DNA of 63,729 nt from an uncultured Bacilli bacterium (GTDB lineage: Bacteria; Bacillota_I; Bacilli_A; RF39; UBA660). Positions within the stretch are counted from its first letter, which is position 1, and the number at the start of each line of letters is the position of its first letter. The DNA lies in contig CALVRM010000021.1 of NCBI GenBank assembly GCA_944358695.1, positions 1-63,729 on the forward strand. The letters are read 5' to 3'. The position numbers and the translations under genes were made by a program. This document shows, one piece after another, positions 60,702 through 63,729 of this stretch. The notes beneath the pieces were generated by a model. It did not search any database. It worked only from the letters and a program-made list of their open reading frames with translations, and had not been told where the DNA came from.

Positions 60702-62120
60702 ATGCAAATGCCCAATTTAAAGGAAGCCAAAGTGAGAACCCAAAATACCCCAAGGACTATTAATTATAATATTAAAGAGGATTACAAATCTTTAGGTAAA
60801 AATAAAACCTATTTTATTAAAACTTACGGGTGTCAAATGAATGAACATGATACTGAAAATATTAAAGCTATCTTAGAGCAAATGTCTTTTAGAGAAAGTC
60901 CAATTATGGAAAATGCAGATTTAATTCTTTTAAATACATGTGCAATTAGAGAAAATGCTCATAATAAAGTTTTTGGTATGATTGGAAGAATTAAACATTT
61001 AAAAGAATCAAAGCCTAATATAATAGTTGGCATGTGCGGTTGTATGGTTCAAGAAGAAATCATTGCTGAAGAAATTAAAAATAAATATAAATGGTTAGAC
61101 ATCGTCTTTGGAACACATAACATAAATGAGCTTCCTCGTATCTTATCACAATCTTTAAAAGAAAATAAACTGGCTTTAGAAGTTTATAGTATCGAAGGCG
61201 ATATTATTGAAAATATGCCGGTAAAAAGAGAAAGTAAATACAAAGCTTGGGTTAATATTATGTATGGTTGTGATAAGTTTTGTACATATTGCATAGTCCC
61301 TTATACCAGAGGTAAACAAAGGAGTCGTACTAAGGAAAATATTATTAAGGAAATTAATGAATTAAAAAAATCTGGATATAAAGAAATAACTTTATTGGGG
61401 CAAAATGTTAACGCATATGGTAAAGATTTAGGTGTAGGCTATGATATGAGTGATTTGCTTAGTGAAGCCGCTAAGACCGGGATTGAAAGAGTGAGATTCA
61501 TTACTTCACATCCGTGGGATTTTACAGATAGTATGATTGAAATTATCAAAAAATATCCGAATGTTATGCCATACATTCATTTACCATTGCAATCAGGAAG
61601 TAATCGCATTTTAAAATTAATGGGCAGACGTTATACAAAAGAAAGCTATTTAGAGTTGTTTAATAAAATAAAGGAAATACCCAATGTTGCTATAACGACA
61701 GACATAATTGTTGGTTTTCCAGGTGAAACAGAGGAAGATTTCAATGATACTTTAGAAGTTGTTAAAGCCTGTAAATATGATTCGGCATTTACTTTTATTT
61801 TTTCACCTAGAGAAGGAACACCAGCAGCTAAGATGATTGATAATACCCCTCTTGAAATTAAAGAAAAAAGACTGTATATTCTCAACAATTTAATCAATAA
61901 ATATGCTAGAGAAGCTAATGAAAACTATTTAAATAAAATTGTTCCGGTATTATTAGAAAATATAAGTGAGAAAAATTCTGAAATGCTTATGGGCTATACT
62001 GATACAATGAAGTTAGTTAACGTAAAAGCTCCTAAAGATAAACTTGGTCAAATTGTTAATGTTAAGATTAACGAAGTAAAAACATGGAGTATGGACGGAG
62101 AAATAATCGATGAAATTTGA
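60702..62120 (+). CDS. miaB: tRNA methylthiotransferase MiaB
   Basis: TYGCQMNEHD, NTCAIRENA, GCDKFCTYCIVPYTRG, TRAM domain. Confidence 0.97.
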   Translation: MQMPNLKEAKVRTQNTPRTINYNIKEDYKSLGKNKTYFIKTYGCQMNEHDTENIKAILEQMSFRESPIMENADLILLNTCAIRENAHNKVFGMIGRIKHLKESKPNIIVGMCGCMVQEEIIAEEIKNKYKWLDIVFGTHNINELPRILSQSLKENKLALEVYSIEGDIIENMPVKRESKYKAWVNIMYGCDKFCTYCIVPYTRGKQRSRTKENIIKEINELKKSGYKEITLLGQNVNAYGKDLGVGYDMSDLLSEAAKTGIERVRFITSHPWDFTDSMIEIIKKYPNVMPYIHLPLQSGSNRILKLMGRRYTKESYLELFNKIKEIPNVAITTDIIVGFPGETEEDFNDTLEVVKACKYDSAFTFIFSPREGTPAAKMIDNTPLEIKEKRLYILNNLINKYAREANENYLNKIVPVLLENISEKNSEMLMGYTDTMKLVNVKAPKDKLGQIVNVKINEVKTWSMDGEIIDEI

Positions 62121-62192
62121 TTATTTTTTTCATTTTAATTGATAAATTTCTATCAATTTGGTATGATTATAATGAAAGTAGGAGGGTGCAGT

Positions 62193-63599
62193 ATGAAAGA
62201 AGATAAAGCTAGTAAAGAATTCAAAGATGATAAAAATAACCTTTTAAATAGTAGTGAAAAAGCCGAAATTGCCACTGATGTAAAAGCCGCATTTAATAAA
62301 GCTAAAGGTGAAACTGAAGAAGTCTTAAGTCTAGATACTTTAAACAGCATCGATAAAACCAAAGATGGTGCTCCAGATACTTTAAGCCAAGAAGAAATTG
62401 ATAAAGTAGTTGGTGGTAATATTCGAAGAAATACAAAAAAGAAATCGAAATTACCAATTTTCATTACTGTTTTTCTTATTTTATTAATTTTTAGTAGTGG
62501 TATTTATTGGTATTTAGCCAATAATCCTAAGACTATATTTATTAGATCGATGGATGTTATATTTAATAATATAATGGAGAGTATTGAAGATCCTAAATAT
62601 GAGATAACTAAGGGTAATATTGATATTAATTATAATTCTGAGTCTAAAAATAATACATCTTTGAAACTAAATCAAATAGGTTTAAAAGCTAATTATATTA
62701 CCGACTCAATAAACAAAATCTCCAAAGTTGAATTAAAAACCACTTATGAACAAAATCATTTGATAGATGCCACCATATATAAAGAAGAAGGTAAGACATA
62801 TTTTAAATCAGAAGATTTGTTAGATAAATATATTGAGTTTGCTAACGATGATAAGACAATAAATTATGATGCGAAAGATCTAAAAACAATCTTAAAATCA
62901 TTAAATGCTGCCCTTATTAATTCGTTAGATGGTCAAAAATTTAGCGGATCCAAAGTAGAGCTTATGATTGCCGATCAAAAAATTAAAACTTACCAGGCTT
63001 CTTTAGTTATTAACAAAGACAACATTGGAAGCATTTTAGATAGCATTAATGATACTTTACAAAATGACACAAGATTCCTTAATGCTTATAGTAATATCTT
63101 TGGAATTAAAAGTAGCCAAATAAAAAAAGAAATAGATAATTATTTTAAATCATTGAAAAATGAATCAAAAACTATGGAAGATTTAACCATTAGCATATAT
63201 ACCAAAGGCTTCGACCATGAGTTTGTAAAATTAGAACTAAGCGGTAATAATCGCGATCAAATAGATAATATAAGTATTACAGCTTTAAGCCCAAATAAAT
63301 ATGATTATCTTGTGGATATTAAAAGCAAGCAAGAAAAAACTGAAGGAACTTTTGAGTATAAAACAACGGATAATAGTAAAACTTTAAATTTAACCATTAA
63401 AATTAGTAATAACAACCAAGAAGTCGTAAATGGAACATTAAAAATTAAGACTACCGAAGAAGAAGCTAATAAAATTCAAAAAGAAGATGTTAGTAAAAAT
63501 GTTATATCTGATAAGCTAACCGAAGAAGAAAAGGCAGCTATAACTTACAAATTGCAATCTAACCCGATTTTAGCTAAATTCATAGCTATGCTGTCGTAA
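62193..63599 (+). CDS. Membrane-anchored hypothetical protein
   Basis: Charged N-terminus, one TM helix, beta-rich ectodomain; ATG after GGAGG. Confidence 0.7.
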   Translation: MKEDKASKEFKDDKNNLLNSSEKAEIATDVKAAFNKAKGETEEVLSLDTLNSIDKTKDGAPDTLSQEEIDKVVGGNIRRNTKKKSKLPIFITVFLILLIFSSGIYWYLANNPKTIFIRSMDVIFNNIMESIEDPKYEITKGNIDINYNSESKNNTSLKLNQIGLKANYITDSINKISKVELKTTYEQNHLIDATIYKEEGKTYFKSEDLLDKYIEFANDDKTINYDAKDLKTILKSLNAALINSLDGQKFSGSKVELMIADQKIKTYQASLVINKDNIGSILDSINDTLQNDTRFLNAYSNIFGIKSSQIKKEIDNYFKSLKNESKTMEDLTISIYTKGFDHEFVKLELSGNNRDQIDNISITALSPNKYDYLVDIKSKQEKTEGTFEYKTTDNSKTLNLTIKISNNNQEVVNGTLKIKTTEEEANKIQKEDVSKNVISDKLTEEEKAAITYKLQSNPILAKFIAMLS

Positions 63600-63603
63600 G
63601 AAA

Positions 63604-63729
63604 GGTTCTTTGTCAAATAGTGTTGGTGAACATTAATTTGATAAATGTAACTATAATGAAGGATGAAGAAAATCATCCTTTTATAATACCCTTAATTAAG
63701 AAAACTCTGGCAATAAAATGGGAATATTT
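63604..63729 (-). mobile_element. End of an ISL3-family element truncated by the window edge
   Basis: Terminus GGTTCTTTGTCAA resembles ISL3 ends (GG(C/T)TCT); minus-strand frame 63729-63673 reads KYSHFIARVFLIKGIIKG*, like an ISL3 transposase C-terminus. Confidence 0.7.

Noticed and set aside
1702-62464. Many short antisense or alternative-frame ORFs in the track
   Set aside because: Shadows of well-supported genes, with no RBS or motifs.
1-63729. CRISPR array, rRNA, DGR template repeat/RT, or UGA=Trp recoding
   Set aside because: No repeat-spacer array, rRNA, RT motifs or adenine-rich copy of nt 1-165 found by eye; conserved genes use TGG for Trp and TGA as stop.

Overview
AT-rich, code-11 Firmicutes chromosome segment with most genes on the + strand. 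Gene content (sporulation genes, alpha2-type GlyRS, ppdK, many pilin-like ORFs, shuffled core operons) suggests an uncultured sporulating Bacilli lineage such as RF39; this assignment is inference. Core loci: yqfC-yqfD-vanZ-ybeY-dgkA-era-yqzL-recO, glyQS, sepF-divIVA-ileS, sigK, rpsL-rpsG-fusA-tuf, murI/femABX, topA, xerC, ppdK, cysS-truB, rpsO-pnp, ftsK and miaB, plus two tRNAs. Mobile DNA: an intact ISAs1, an internally deleted IS1182 with a 19-bp target duplication at a terminator, and an ISL3 end at the right edge. Most notable: (1) nt 1-165 look like a diversity-generating-retroelement variable region (adenine-depleted, NNY codons, Cys-patterned C-terminus, downstream hairpin); (2) an apparently minimal glycine T-box with an actinobacterial-style ultra-short K-turn stem I, a GGA codon in the apical loop and no stem II; (3) a split, permuted PlsA/PlsR-like three-gene cluster; (4) ribosomal S12 with Ile at the conserved Pro104; (5) a DUF2419 queuosine-salvage gene; (6) ORFans inserted into core operons, mostly with their own sigma-A promoters. 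All family calls come from motif recognition, not database searches.
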